Below the pieces are notes generated by a model. The model saw only the letters and a program-made list of their open reading frames with translations, searched no databases and was not told the DNA's origin. Of a stretch of DNA of 64,000 nt, positions 1 through 14,539 are shown in pieces; within the stretch, counting starts at the first letter, position 1; each line of letters begins with the position of its first letter. The stretch comes from Octopus vulgaris (lineage: Eukaryota): contig OX597838.1 of the NCBI GenBank assembly GCA_951406725.2, positions 31,248,001 to 31,312,000 of the forward strand, in the 5' to 3' direction. Position numbers and translations under genes: made by a program.

Positions 1-580
1 TACAGTGCTCAGGTGCACTACAACTCATCTAAAGTGTATGTATAGTACATAGGGTAATGTACAAGCGTCAGGAAAAGAACAGTGCATGAGTCATGACATA
101 CACATATGTGTATGAGTATGGAAGGGGGACAATCAGGTGTAGTTTTGGCGGATTTCGGAAAGCATGAGGGCCTTAAAGGATGCAGTGTCATGGCAGTCGA
201 CAACTGACGCAGGCAGTTTGTTCCATGCTTCAGCAACTCTCAGCGCGAAAAAATGTTTCCGAAAGTCATGGGAGCTGTGCTGTTTTCTGACTTTGTAGGC
301 ATGTCCACGTGTGTTGGATATATGGAGATCAAAAAAGTGTTCAGTGTTGTTGTTGGTGAGGTGGTTGATAACTTTGTGGGTGTTTACCAAGTCCATCGCC
401 AGACGCCGGAGCTTCAGTGAATCCATGCCCAGGGAAACAAGGCGCTCAGAGTAAGGTAGACGTCTGATGGAGGGTATGTGTTTGGTTGCACATCTCTGGA
501 CAGATTCCAGGAGGTCAATGTTCTGAGCAAGATAGGGGTTCCAAACTGATGATGCGAATTCCAAGTGTGGTCGTACCATG
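1..580 (-). mobile_element. 5'-truncated CR1/L2-group LINE: RT C-terminus and 3' UTR
   Basis: ORF 133..579 (VRPHLEFASSVWNPY...LESVQRCATK...LPYSERL...TRGH...FFALRVAEAWNKLP) is the typical C-terminal region of CR1/L2-group ORF2. Its 3' UTR matches the copy at 21337-21520. Confidence 0.9.
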
Positions 581-1145
581 AAAGGACTGAGATTAGTTCA
601 CTAAAAAAAAGTTAGTTACCATTCAATTTACAATCATCAAACAATATATTTAAAGATCTCTTAATCAAAAAAAGTTATGACCGCAGAAACAGAATTAAAA
701 AAATAAAATGATAAACAGCAAAAACATATCTGAAAAAAGAAATTAACTGAATTAATTAAAACACACATGTTAAACGAGGGATTGTTAAAGATGGCATCAG
801 GATAAAATTTTAAAAGTATTTTATTACTCAAAAATGTTAGCAATGTTTTTTTTTTTTTGGTTTGTTTTTCCATTTTATTTTCTTCTTCAAATTAAATGTT
901 TTTAAATTTTTTTCTTCTTGTTTTATAATTTTTGTCCTTTTTTTCCTATATATTATATTTTCTTTTTTGTGAAGGAGTTCAGTCTGTTTTGTTTTGTTTT
1001 GTTGTTTTATTAAATGTATTCCTTCTTTCCAATGAACAGGAAAGGCATTTTGAAATAAACTGATGAGAGCGAGAGAAAAAGAGAGAAAGAATAATTAACA
1101 AATTCCTTCGTTTAATTTGTTGATTTAATCCTGTTTAATGACCAT

Positions 1146-1181
<36 letters not shown>

Positions 1182-1403
1182 ATATATACACACATATATT
1201 TACAGTTATGCATGTATGTACCCTCCGTCTTCTCTCTCTCTTTCGTTAGGTTTTCTTCTTGTCCTGTTCTCCTGGTCAGCTGCAGGATTTTATATAGATA
1301 TATATCAGCATATTTCTCCTTTAACTCTCTTCTATGTAAATATCTATATATCTATATATACATACATATATAAATAGATATGTAGATGTAGATAGATATA
1401 TAA

Positions 1404-1434
<31 letters not shown>

Positions 1435-4400
1435 GTCACTATGAAGATGGTGTTGCATCACCATGCAACAACAGTTCAGAAAAAATTTTCCTTTTTTTTT
1501 TTTTTCTTAAAAAAAAAAAATTAATAATAAAAAATAAAAAAAAAAAAGTGGGTGATTTACTACTTGAAATAAGGCCAGAGAAGGTCCATCCAACATTCGA
1601 CTGTCCGAGACGTCTTTTCAGTAAAGAACCACTTGAGTATATGACAGTCCTCTAGCCCAGGTCAGAGATAATATTGGCTGTGGTCGTGGCAGTCACATTA
1701 CTCGGTTGACAAAGAAATGGTCGACAAAAAAAAAAAAAAAAAACAACCTACACTGAACTAAATATGTTGCAAGAGAAATAACATGTCTTACATATATATA
1801 CAGTTTATATATACACACACACATATATATATATATACATACATACATATATATATATATATGTATATATATATATTTATATATTCATATATACACAGGG
1901 TTTGTTCAGAATTTGTTTTCTGTTTTTTTGTTTTTGTTTTTTGGGTTTTTTTTTTTTAAACATTTATTTCCCCAGTTTTATAAACACATTGCTGCAATTG
2001 GAGGTTTTTTTATTCACTGAAACTGTGAATGCTGTTGAGTTATATAGATTTTTTGGGTTTGTTGATTTCATAGATCACTTCTCTCAATATATAAAAAAAA
2101 TATATATATATTTTGTTGTTTGAAGACAGACAGCATGTAGCAAGGTCCAGTTCAAGGAAAGGGGGAAAAAAAAAAAGAAAAAAAAAAGGAGAAACTGGAC
2201 ACAAAAAGGGATCTTTGAGGCAATCGTACAAGCTTCAACGTATCCATGTGGTTGAGCAGGGTTTGTTTGTTTTTTTTTTAATTAGTTCAGCTGACAACCT
2301 GGGGGAGGCAAGAGGTCACAGCTTTGAAACGAAGGGATGACTGGATGACATATGTAAGGAAGGAATGCAGGAATGAAATTGGAAGAGAAAGGGCAGAAAA
2401 AAAAAAAATGTAAAACCCCATCAATGGGAAAACCCCAGAAATGATGTGAATAATATGTGAGTGAGTGAGTGAGTGTGTGTGTGTGTGTTATACAAGGGGC
2501 AGTAAGTTTCCATTAACATTGTCAGCTTTGTCGGTATGCAAGGAAATGCGAGTTTCTGCTTACAAATGCATTTACAAAAGAAAGAAAGAATTCCCAAACA
2601 ACACCATTCCGTGACTGGAACCAGCAATAAACAATAGAAATCTGAAGATATAGAATTCACCATAAGACTAGAACTCTGATAAATCCATCTTTATGTTGCA
2701 ACTAGAGAAGAGCCAAACACCTGGGGGTGATTGGCATCTATATTCCATTAAAAGATGGCTTGTAAACAACTAGCTACCTTACAACAAATGTAGACACCTC
2801 ATCTGATCCAGTGAAGTCACAACACAGCACAGGTTTTCATTGTCAGTATTAAAATAGTATTAAAACAGGACGAACCTTTATCAAAGATATGTAGAAGGGA
2901 GACGGGGAAATAAATAAAAACTGCTAAAGCTAAAATTATTCCCAGGAAGAAGAAGAATTATTTTAAGTTACAATTTTTTTAGTTTTTTTTTTCTTTCTTT
3001 TTTTCTTTTTTCTTTCTTTTCTTTTCTTTTTTTTTAGACAATAAAACCTCAGCTTAAGAATTAATGCAAAGTCAAGAAGTAAATCCAAAGGTCCGACTCC
3101 ACTTTGCAAGGAATAACATAAAATGGTAAATTCCATGGTTTATATTGAAAAACATTAAATCTTCCAATTTGAAGATGAAGAATTCACGGTGAATCCTAAA
3201 TAATAAAAAAAAAGGATTCACCATTTCTAAGTCACTGGCATGGTTGTAATAGTGTCTTCATCATAGAATGTATAATGTGAACATCTGAAACAGCAAAGAA
3301 TTGACCAATGCCAGAGAGTCAAGTCTTTGAAATCATAACATGAAGGGTTGTTCTGAAACAGATAATAGCAACATCACCTTATATTTGGAAATGGTGTGGG
3401 GAAGAGTTTCTTTCTATTTCAGGTGGGATGTGGTAGAAGTAAGGTACATTTAGGGGGTAGACAGTGTGTGGCTGCCATGAACACATACTGTCACCTCTTT
3501 TAAGGCCCTCATTGAGGGTGCAATACAAGGAAATTGGCACAACAACATTGTGGGGGGGTCGGGTGGGAATGAAGGACATATGGTTGGGTGGATGTTCCGG
3601 TTTTTTTTTCTATTTATTTGGGTTTTTTTTCTTCTTTTTAGTGCCAGGTAAACAATTATGAGCAGGCCTGTTGGTGTGTGGTTTCTGAAGGAGTATAAAC
3701 CATAAACCCTAAGAGGTACTTTACATAAAACAAGTCTTATTATTGGTTGTGATGACACAGAGGTGGGAGTGTGTGAGTGTGTGTGTGTGTGTGTTAGATG
3801 AGAGGAGGTGGCAAGTATGAACTAAAGTAAACACTTTAAGTGTAAAGGATCATTGAAGAAAGAGAAATAAACGTTGGGTTTGTTTAGAAGTGGGGGTCAA
3901 TGTAAAGAAGAAGGGAGGGTGTGGAGGTGGGGTAACTGAAATGAACAGCAGCAGCTAATAAAAAGAAAAAAAAAACAAAACAAAGCTATTAAGGAAGGAG
4001 GGGGTAGAGGGAGGGAGGGAGAGAGAAAGAGCAGTGGTGGTGTAATATTTAAGAATATATAAAAAAAAAAAATAGAAGTGTGGGGGACAGATTCCCTCGT
4101 AATGACGGGGGGGGGGGGGTAAGATGTGGGTGTGAAAACCATCAAAAATATGTTTTAACATGGAACGGTAGTGTTGTTGTTGTTGTTGCTGTTTTACCTG
4201 TAATCTCCACTGAAGACTTCCACAATGAGTGAGATCTTGATCATCAAAGATCAAATAGAGCTGGGGGCATGGGGACACACGGACACACACAGTGACGAGC
4301 CAACAAAGGTGTCTCTACACAGTCACTCAATTTGCTATAAATAACAGCTAACATTCTCGCACACCACACCCTACTGCCTTCAAAAGGCTGAACACATTGA

Positions 4401-5084
4401 ACTGAACAATAAATATAGTTACTGATATACAAATAAATGGAATGGTCATGGCTGGAACACACTTCGTCATAGATCTATTCCTTCTGGCACAGAACTGACC
4501 AGGGGCTAAACTAGGACCCTACAGTAGAACATAAGCAAATTTACTGAGCTAAGATATTCAAATAATAATAATAAATTTTGAGGGGAAGGGCTAGTTGATA
4601 CCATGGCACTTGATTGAGACTTTATTTTAACTCCCCCAGGAAAGTAGAAAGGCAAAGTTTTCCTCAGTGAAATTTGAACCTAGAATGTAAACCATTAAAG
4701 TAGTGGTGTTTTTTTTACACTACATTGGAGACATATTGGTAGGAGACAACACTATTTTCTAGACTGGATCCAGGGCCAATGCTTCTGAGGAATTATAACT
4801 GACCCCACAATGTTAATCTAGTCCTTATTTTATTGATGTCCTGGGCAAGACAATCTACATCTAGAAATGAAACTACAGCTTGGGAGTTCAGGAGTTTTGG
4901 GGAGTAGAGTTACTCTTTAATCACCACTACCCTTAACATTTGATGTGGCCCAGATCAGTAGCAGCACCTGTCAAGGGCCCCATTAAGGAGCCAAATAGCA
5001 GCAAATGGTCCTGTGACTAAAGCATACAGGACTTAGAGGAGACTGTTGGACTCTAGACGGGTATCACTCAGGTCCACCAGTGTG

Positions 5085-5181
5085 AGGACATGCCCAGCCT
5101 AAGGATTAAATAGGCCCTGTGCCTCAAGGGTAGGACATGCCCAGCCTGAGGATAAAATAGGCCCTGTGCTTCAAGGGTAGG
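5085..5181. repeat. 47-bp tandem duplication
   Basis: aggacatgcccagcct(a/g)aggat(t/a)aaataggccctgtgc(c/t)tcaagggt occurs at 5085 and 5132. Confidence 0.85.
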
Positions 5182-7533
5182 CTTAAGAGGACAGGGGACC
5201 AGCAGAATAAACAAAACAGCAATGAGAAACTACAAGTGTACCTTTCCCAAGATTTTGACATGGAGGGCCCTGACTGCTGATACCTGTAGGCGTGGTACCT
5301 GAAGAGAAAGGATCTCATTGAGGTTTTAAGGTAAGCTAATAATGGCGAGAAGAGTGGAATCAAGTAGTATGAGGTACTTTTTGTTCAATGCATCGATTCT
5401 ACCATTCCACAGACATACAGGCACACATCTAACAGGCTTCTACAGTCTTCATCTTAAAAATATAGTCAACTGACCACACAACCATATATACACATATTTC
5501 CTACTATATATCCCATACACATTATGAGCTATACATACACACATCATAAATTATCACACATACACACACACAAAGAACACAGTGGAGAAAAAAAGTTATT
5601 TAGTAAACAGCCTATCATGTAGGAGTTCTAAAGTATTACATATTGATGTCTGTTGTGTATTAGGGTGTGTGTGTGTGGTGTTGATATTACTTGTAGACTA
5701 CTTGTCCAGTTTTTCTGTTGAGGAGGTTGAGGTGGGGGGTCATCATGAGAACATTTTTTGCATAGCTCTAAATGAAAGGTTTTCAAAAATGAGGAATTAA
5801 AAAAAAAAAAGAAAAGAGGCAACAGACCACGCACACATACACACAAATATTAACACAACAAAATAATAATAATAATGATGATGATGATGATGATGACAAT
5901 GATATTGGTAAGTTAGTGATGGTAGTGATGATGGTGAAATATGATGGGGGTTGGGGTGGAGGCTGGTGGTAAAAATGTTGGTGGAGGTGTCGAGTCTGTT
6001 GTTGTTAGATGTCAAAAAGGAGAAGAGGTTCTAATAAATGACCAGTAACAATAGTAGAACAAACAGCAACCCGCGGCTGCAAACAAAACAGCCCCAAGTT
6101 CCGGTGATATTTCCGCCAACACTGTGAGATGAAAATTGTTTTCCACAAGAGAAGAATATCATGGCATTTTTCTTTGAAAACTCTTCTTTCAATCTGTTTT
6201 GGTTAAATTTTCTTTCCCCCAGATTTTCTTAGAATTTAATTAAATTTTTTAAAAAAATTTCTGTGCAATGTTTTTGTTTGTTTTTTTTTTTGTTTTGTAT
6301 TTCGTTTGTTTGTGTGTGATTGTTTTTATTAATTTTACTTTCCATAAGTTTTTTTTTTTTCTTTTGGCTGTTTGTAGGTTGTTACATCCTTAATTACCTA
6401 CATTTGGTTTGTTTTGTTATTTTTTTTTATAATTATAATACTAATGAAAAATAACAACAGCAACTGTTTTTTTTTTAATTATACAAAATGTAAATAATAA
6501 TAATAATAATTATAATTATTGTTATTATCATTATTATTATTATTATCATTATTATTATGTTGATAATGATGCTTTCCTTTTTTCTTTATATTTATTTTGT
6601 TTTTTTTGCTTCAAATTGTTTAAATACAAGTTTGTTGGTTAATTTTCTTCCGTACAGAGCAGGAAAAGGAAGGTGGAGCGCGAAGATGAGAAATTTTCAA
6701 ATTTGGGAGGATAAAAGAGAGCAAGAGAGGGGGAGAGAGAGAGGTGGGAGGAAGAGATAGTGATAAAGAAATATGTTAAACCGTGAGAACAACAGAGATA
6801 ATTCATAATTTTCGTATTTCTCTCCCTTGAATAACATTAGATCCAACTTTGTAGAATTTTCAGTGTTTTTTCTTATTATTCTTATTATTATTTATATGTC
6901 TGCATATGTTTGAATGATGAAAACTGTATGTTGGGTGTTTATATTCTGAAACCTAAACATTCTAGTTTAGGCCTCTTTCTGTTTTTGTTTTTCCCCTTTG
7001 TTCTTGTTTTTTTTTGGGGGGTTTTTTAATTTAATTTTTTTTTCAATGAGAAAAATAAAACCCCGGAAGGATGTAATGAAACAAAGCAGTCCTCTCTTTT
7101 TTTTTTTCTAATAGTTTTCTCCTCCTTTCTTCCTCTCTTTTTGAAATCCAGAGATCAGAAATAACAGCTACAAGCAGGAGAAGCCTTTATTTCATTGAGT
7201 GGCTTCTGTGGTCGAATAAAATATCCAAGGGCCAGCAACCTGTGTTGTGTTTAATGAATTGTCAGCATTAGTAGTTGTAGTAGTAGTAGTAGTAGTAGTA
7301 ACAGCAGCAGCAAAAGACAATATCTAGTAGTAGTAGTAGTAGTGGTAGTGGTGAAAATCACAAGAAGTAAAACGAAGATATTTTCATGGTGTGTAATTAG
7401 TGTACAACATTCCTTAACTATTTAGTGTAAGATGTTCGTTAATTAATTCTTGCTCTCAAAACCCATCAATGTTAATTCATTGAGAAAATGTGGGAGGAAT
7501 TAGTGACAGCAGCAGCAGTTTTAGCACACACTA

Positions 7534-7584
<51 letters not shown>

Positions 7585-7798
7585 TATATTTTTGAGATAA
7601 TGTAAACTGGATTAAAATGTTTCCAAAACCACCGGAACAAACGAGAAAAACCTGTCAGGAAAAAGATCGGGAACAAAATAGGAAACACCTAAGTTTACTC
7701 CAATAAAAAATAACCTCAGGGCTTCTTAATATAGAACTGAGAGGGGAGAAAGTATAATTATATACACCCACGCAAAGACACACACACACATATATATA

Positions 7799-7830
<32 letters not shown>

Positions 7831-10787
7831 CATACACATACATAATATATATATATAGCTTACATACACACTCACATATGATCACTCAGAGTTTCTCGAC
7901 TTTTGAACACTGCGATCAACTGACCATTTTGTAATGGAACTATAGTCGGCCTTAATAAAAATAACGTCAATGTATGCGTGCGTATTCATGTGTGTATACA
8001 CATATTACACAGAAACGCACACATATTATACATACACACACTGGTTCTTTGAAGTCTGTAGCAGGAATGGTAAAGGAGTATTTAATATTATTTGAAGTTA
8101 TTGCATAGCCAGGAATGGTAGAGATGTTTTCTACTTTCTTTGGTTTCAATAGAGGACAGCGCTGACATTGGCATTCACAAACTCATAGCCTTAAACTTCT
8201 CATCTTCTCATATGAAACATTTATACAGGAAAATATACAAACTGTTCCTTTATATTGGAGTTGACTGATTCCAAGACTAGAAGGGAGGTTAATTCAATGT
8301 TATATTGTTAGATAAAATAGCCACATTTTGACAGAATGAACCAAAAAACTAAAGAAAAAAATAACTATATAAAGAAAAATAAATAAAACAAAAATAGTTT
8401 GGTTGTTTTTTTTTTTTTCAATATTTATTTTTAATGTTGAAATTTAGTTATTCAAGTCTTTTAAACAATATAAATTAAAACTGAAATCTAGCAGTGAGAA
8501 AATTTAAATGTTTAAACTCATAATCTTATGGTAGCTATTGGTTGTTTTGTTTTGTTTCGTTTCAAGGTTTTTATGTTCATCCATTCTCTCAACTATCAAA
8601 ATTATTAAGTATTATAGAATCAAAAATGAAGTGGTTTAGTCTGTATATGTAGTCACACACACATATACACACATTACCTATATACGTGTGTATTCACACA
8701 CACACATTCTTACCCTCACACACACACACAAACACACACACTACCTACATATATGTATGCCTTATAAACAACATGAGGATATTTAAAACTCTTTAAATAA
8801 AGAGAGGCACATAAGTTAGGTTTTGAGGTTTTTCTTAAAAAATAACTTTTTCTCCATCTTGTAGACGGAGGAGGGGGGAAGGGGTTCTTCTTCTTTACAT
8901 TAAATCTTCCGTAAGTAAATTTGTCCACAGCCAACCCTGATATCTAAACAGAAATTTGTCAAATATGAAGGCACTCGATAATTACAACCTATCACCTCTC
9001 ACTCTCTCTCACTCGTTCACCTAGAGCTATATTATTGTCAGTTCTGAGTTTGATGTTTGTGTTGGGGTCCAGGGGGAGAGGCTAAGAATCACCCACCTTT
9101 TTTTGCCATTATATTCGTTTCCAAGTATTCTAAGAAAGAAAAAAAAAATTCCTCAGATTTGTTGAGACCTACAACAAGCATTCAGTTGTGGTTCAGATTT
9201 ATTATGTTCCCGCTAATTTAAGGATGTAGGATGTGGAGTAAACAGTACAAGGGATAGAACAATAGCCCCTTCATCGGTAAAATCTCTCTGCTGGCCCACT
9301 ACAAATCTCAAAGTTCCTGATACCATTTTTCGTGTTACTATGATAGCAATCTAAAACTAACTGCACACACAAGTGCAGCTGTTTTCTTACTAAATGCATT
9401 TTGAGTGTTCACTCACACTCAGAACAAAATATCTCAACAAAAGATGAAGCTATTCAATAATTCTGTGGCCCTGTTTGGATAAACTACAAGAATATGGTCT
9501 CTATGGAATGCAACTACAAGCTTACATATACAAAATAGGGTCAGTTTGTATATATAAAAAAAAAATGAATTCAGTAAAAATTTTTTGCAAGAGAATATTT
9601 GCCACAATGGAAGTTGGGAAATGTTACAGCAGTTTAAATTCCAGTTTGTATTATGTAAAATAACACATAAATTGCCAACACAATGAATACTGAGTGAATG
9701 AGGAGTGATTGAGCAGAGGTGACTGAGCTTTTAGTTCAGACACAGCATTTTAATATCAAGCAAAGAGGGCAGTGTTTTAATCTTCCTTGTCATCAGACCC
9801 ATCGTGGAACAAACCTAGGATGGGTGCAGTACTTCTTTAAGAAAGTCAAAAACTAAATGTGATCCGACCAGCTAATTGTTATGATATTCCTCATCAAGTT
9901 TAATCATGTTGAAATGCAAACAGCATGATGATGTTTTCATGTTGTGTTAGTCATATGTCCATGCTGATGGAGAATAAGTAATGGTTGTGTGGTGGGGGAA
10001 TGGAATGACTTGTGTGCTTCCAAGAGAAGGATAAAGAAAGGAACAGGTTTAACAATAAGAAGGCATAGTGATATTGTTACCCTCTTAACTTTGTACTATT
10101 GTTGTCCTCTATACTTTGTGATATTGTTGCCCAGTGTAGGTTTGCATAGCTTTTGAGATGTCCATCACAACTGATAAAATTGATATCAAACTTTAGACTA
10201 AAGATTTTGTTAAGCCATCAAGGTGAATTACAACAAATATCATGGGCTGTTGACATACGTGTTTATGATCCTTTATCAACGAGATGACGAGGCAAGAGAC
10301 AAGGCACAAACAAGTCAGCTGTCACAACAAAACCTTAATCAGTTTTTTTCTCAGGGGATTTCAAAGAGTAAATACAAGATTAGGGTCTGGAAAAATTAAG
10401 GAGCAATATTGTCATATGAAATTTAACCAGCTCCACTCATAGTTTACACTATCAAAATTTCTTTGTTCTAAAAACTGATATTTTCCTAGAAACAGATGGG
10501 TTATGGTGATATGGGTCAATGATTAAAGAACCAAATTGATATAATTACATTTTTAAAAATCATAACTGCGCTTCTTGAAGTAGGATTTACATAATGTTGG
10601 GGGTTTAGGATTGAAAGGACTGTTTTGGTTTGGAATTCAGGCAGAAGTTGGATTAGTCATTATCTGAAATTCAAATTCTGTCTAAACTAAAAGGAAGAAC
10701 TATTCCCATTTTAAAATCATTAGACATTTACTGTGATATAAATAAAACTTTAAGGATTAAAAAGAAACTTTTTTTTTTTTTTACATT

Positions 10788-10793
10788 TTTATT
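10788..10793 (-). promoter_or_regulatory. candidate poly(A) signal for MED13
   Basis: AATAAA on the minus strand about 1.3 kb after the stop codon. Other AATAAA hexamers exist (e.g. 11408-11413), so this is only a candidate. Confidence 0.2.
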
Positions 10794-11074
10794 TCACTTC
10801 TTCAAGAATCAAAACCTAAGTTTAAAAAATTGTAGAGGTATGATACATAAAAAATAATTGAACTTTCCTATTTGATTTCACTGAGCAACAGCAAGAATAT
10901 TTATAACAAAATGTACAAAAGAAAATGTATGGTGATGAAAATTACATTTTCCAGTTACATAAGAAATAACTGATTATCAAACCTTAGCTATAGGAGTTAA
11001 CTCCCTTCCTCAACACATTTAACTTCAAATGTCTCCCACCCTAAAGAGCTTTGATCATATCTGACTGACCTCAT

Positions 11075-11119
<45 letters not shown>

Positions 11120-12124
11120 CATTTCAATTATCGTGAAGAAGAATGTACTGTAGGGTGGTTAGAAGTGAAAAAACCCCTAAAATAATGGGAATATGTGTGT
11201 GAATGTGTAGGGTAGGAAAAAATAATGGAGTACCAAATATTAAGCAGTAAAGAATAAAAAATGGTAAAGATAGCAGAAAGATAAAAATTAGGAAATAATT
11301 GGAACAAAATATTAAATAAAATGATTGACTGAATATGATAACGAAAGTGATGGGGATTCAATGGAGATGAATGTATCGACCCAGGAATAATTAAAACTAA
11401 TGGTGGATTTATTCCAACTATCAGGAAAACTGTTGTTTGTTGGTTGAAAATTCTTATGATGGGAACCAAGTATATATATATATATAAGACACACACACAC
11501 ATACATACACACGTGCGTGCACAAACACACACACATACATACATACAGTTGGCTTGTGATTCCTGCTAAAACTTCAGACACAACCGGGCATGAAGCAAAA
11601 TGGAAAGTAGGAGAAAAAATTGTTAGTAATTGTTTTTCTTTTTTAAAAAAAAGAGATGAGATGTTGGAATTGAGGGGAGGGGGGAAACAATATTTTTTTT
11701 TTTTATCTTTTAAAAAATGAAAGATTGTAATATGAAGAAATATTTGTACACATTTACAGATCAACTGTTGCAGGTGCTGTCACTAGGTTACCACATTGCA
11801 CAATTGGCAGGGGGAGGAGAGAACAAGACAAACTTTAGATTCACTAGCAACAGGTACACCCTTAAAAAATACCAACAACTGGAATCATTGTGTCGGTAGG
11901 GCACTGTTGCTTTCCCTTTCTAACGGCTCTGTCTATTATATAATAATAATAATATTAATAATAATAACAATAATGTTTTCGAGGGATCGGGAAATTTCAG
12001 TGTAAAACTGCTGCTCGTTTGAGTATTATTCTTAGCCCTCTTGGATTCTGCTCAAAGTAGCTTGTCTTCAGAGTTTCTTCATCTTCTTCTTACGCCGCTT
12101 CTTCCTCCTCCTGCCGATACTATG

Positions 12125-12257
12125 TCATACAAATGCATTAACTGCATGGTACATCTGCATCAACATAACAAAGTGCACAGGCAAACATGACTGGCGGTCA
12201 TTTTTTACTGGGTCCATGGTCAACCAGGACAAGGCATTGTAGTTTTCCAAAACAAAT
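12125..12257 (-). CDS. MED13: MED13 terminal coding exon ([43 protein letters not shown])
   Basis: Matches the conserved MED13 C-terminus ([15 protein letters not shown].DP...DRRSCLPiHF). Acceptor ttttttctag; TGA at 12125-12127. Confidence 0.95.
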
Positions 12258-12386
12258 CTAGAAAAAATAACAAAATACAATAGAATTTTAGATGGGGAAA
12301 AAGAATAAAACGAGTTAGCAATCAAAATAGAAACTTCAAAACATTTCACATTTAGAATGACTTAAGAAAATCAAAGATTCTTTTAA

Positions 12387-12606
12387 CCCTTTAGTGTTCA
12401 CATTATTCTGCCAAAATTAATGCTTCTTCATCCACATTGTTTTGAACTAATCATTCATTATCTTGTAGCTATGAAATTTTGATGAGGTAGCTGTTAATTT
12501 TTAAAACAATATTGTAGGTTGGTGTGAGAGACCAGATAGGGCTAGTTTGAACATAAAACAGGTAGAATATCTTTGGCCGGATATGGCCGGTTTAAATGCT
12601 AAAGAG
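12387..12606. mobile_element. piggyBac-type MITE, family 1
   Basis: TTAA|CCCTTTAG...CTAAAGAG|TTAA. A near-identical inverted copy lies at 38627-38848. Confidence 0.8.
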
Positions 12607-12695
12607 TTAAAGCAGAAAAATATGATTCTCAATTTATTAAGGCAAGCAAAAAGGCAGAAGGAAGCTGTAATTCTTCAGAAATGGTTGAAACTTAC

Positions 12696-12808
12696 CTCAA
12701 AACATCACAGGTTAGATTCGAATCAAGGGGGTGAATGTTTCTACTATGTGTTGACTGAAGGGGAAGAGGATCATCTTGTTTTGATGAACAGTGTGTGTGA
12801 AGTGCAGC
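12696..12808 (-). CDS. MED13: MED13 exon (AALHTHCSSKQDDPLPLQSTHSRNIHPLDSNLTCDVLR)
   Basis: Not in the ORF track. Conserved HPLDS..T.DVLR motif; cag/gtaag sites; phases fit both neighbours. Confidence 0.95.
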
Positions 12809-14175
12809 CTGCAACATAATTAGAAGCACATTAGCAATCAAGTATTAGGATCTAATGAAAAACATACCAACAAAAATCCTGGAGAGAACAACTAGAAATC
12901 CCTAAGTATCAAACATGAATTTTTATAAACACATCTAAAAACTATAGAATTTTAAAATGTCTGTTCAGTGAGTTAATCTTAACGATGTTAAAATGTAAAC
13001 AGTCATCAATTTGGAATCGAAGACTAATGAAAGAATCCCCATAAAATTTATCGTCCAATACGAGCTCAGATGTCAAGAGATTACAGAGAAAATATCAATT
13101 AGTCATTATCAAAAAAGATATTAATTAAACAAAAGTAACAATCAGACCTTCCACTTTCAATTCTTGACTGAAATTAAAAATATTTCTGACAGGTTTCAGA
13201 AGATAACATTATATGATAGGCACAGAAATGGCTGTATGGTTGAGAAGTTCCTTTGCAAGAACATGGTTCTTGGCTCAGTACCTTGTGCAATTGTTTTGGC
13301 CTATTCAATGTCTCAAGAATGAAATTAGAATCTGGAAACCGAATGGGAGCCCACTGTGTGGGTGGGTGTGTAAGTAAAAATTGTGATTTCTGTTTCTCAC
13401 ACAAGATCATTTGAATAGAAAAATAAAACAGTGCCGTATTTAGTCTCAATGAACATGACACTCCAAAGCTTAACACTCCTGAAGTACACTATATAATATA
13501 AAGACCCTTCTCGAGGCATATAGATTCAAAGGACCAATTAGCACAATTTCCATGGTGCATATATTTCCCCCTGGGACAGGACACCTGTCCATTGCAGATG
13601 CTACTCATTTTTGCCAGCAGAATCGACGTGAAATGAAGTGTTTTGCTCAAGAACACAATGCGTTGCCTGGTCCAGGAATTGAAACCACAATCTTACAAGC
13701 ATGAGTCCACTAAGCCGTGCACCTCCACATATATATATACCATTCCAAATAGTGATATAAAAACTCCTTTACTCCTAAAGCAGGAAAAGGTTAGCAACAA
13801 TGAGAGCATCCAGTCATGAGAATGCTTATATTGTCACGAGAGAAAAACCAATGCCACAAGAGAAAAATGAATGTAAAATAAAGGAAATTCTCAAAAGATT
13901 TCTTCATTCTTCATTTATAATGTAATACCATCATTTAACATCCATTTTCTAAGCTGGTATGGGTTGGAGAGTTCAACAGAGTATTGCACCAAGCTCCAAT
14001 TGTCTGCTTTGGAATGGTTTGTACAGCAGGATGCCTTTCCTAATGCCAACCACTTTACAGAGTGAAGTGTTTGGCGTTAGGAAAGGCATCAATAGTGGAA
14101 AGCATTTGAATTTCCTTTGAAAGTGTGAGAAGGACCAGACATTATAGTGAGAGATTGACCAAGAGAATAACTGAC

Positions 14176-14340
14176 CTTGAGTATATTTGGACACATGTTT
14201 TCAGCCTCAGGACATGCTGACCAGAACCACTTTGGTAGTGGTCCTGTGCTAGCTGTGGACACATAATAGCCCATTGCCAGAGGTTGTTGCAGCAATGTAC
14301 CACCTTCCTCTTGAAGATCATTAGATGTGTTAACAGCTCC
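14176..14340 (-). CDS. MED13: MED13 exon (GAVNTS...[29 protein letters not shown]...ILK)
   Basis: Conserved QQPLA.GY.VSTA..GPLP.WFWS.CP motif; tttcag/gtcag sites; 165 nt, phase 0-0. Confidence 0.95.
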
Positions 14341-14539
14341 CTGAAACAGAACACAAGAAAACAAAACAGGTCAACATCGAGCAGAAGACAACAAGATCAA
14401 GCTTGATTCTAGCAAGACCATCACCACTTATACCACTTCACACTGACACATTTTCAGTTTTAAAATTTACTAACAACAACCAGTTGTACTTAATTTTCAT
14501 TTAACCATGTCAGGACTTCCACTCAACTATCTTTAAAAA

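Noticed and set aside
1060-1085. CTGATGA followed by GAAA-like sequence
   Set aside because: No stem I or II. Other CTGATGA hits (near 19948, 31509, 40967 and 50187) also lack the fold.
11795-11801. miR-25/92 seed match (GTGCAAT, minus strand) in the putative MED13 3' UTR
   Set aside because: A single 7-mer without conservation data is not distinguishable from chance.
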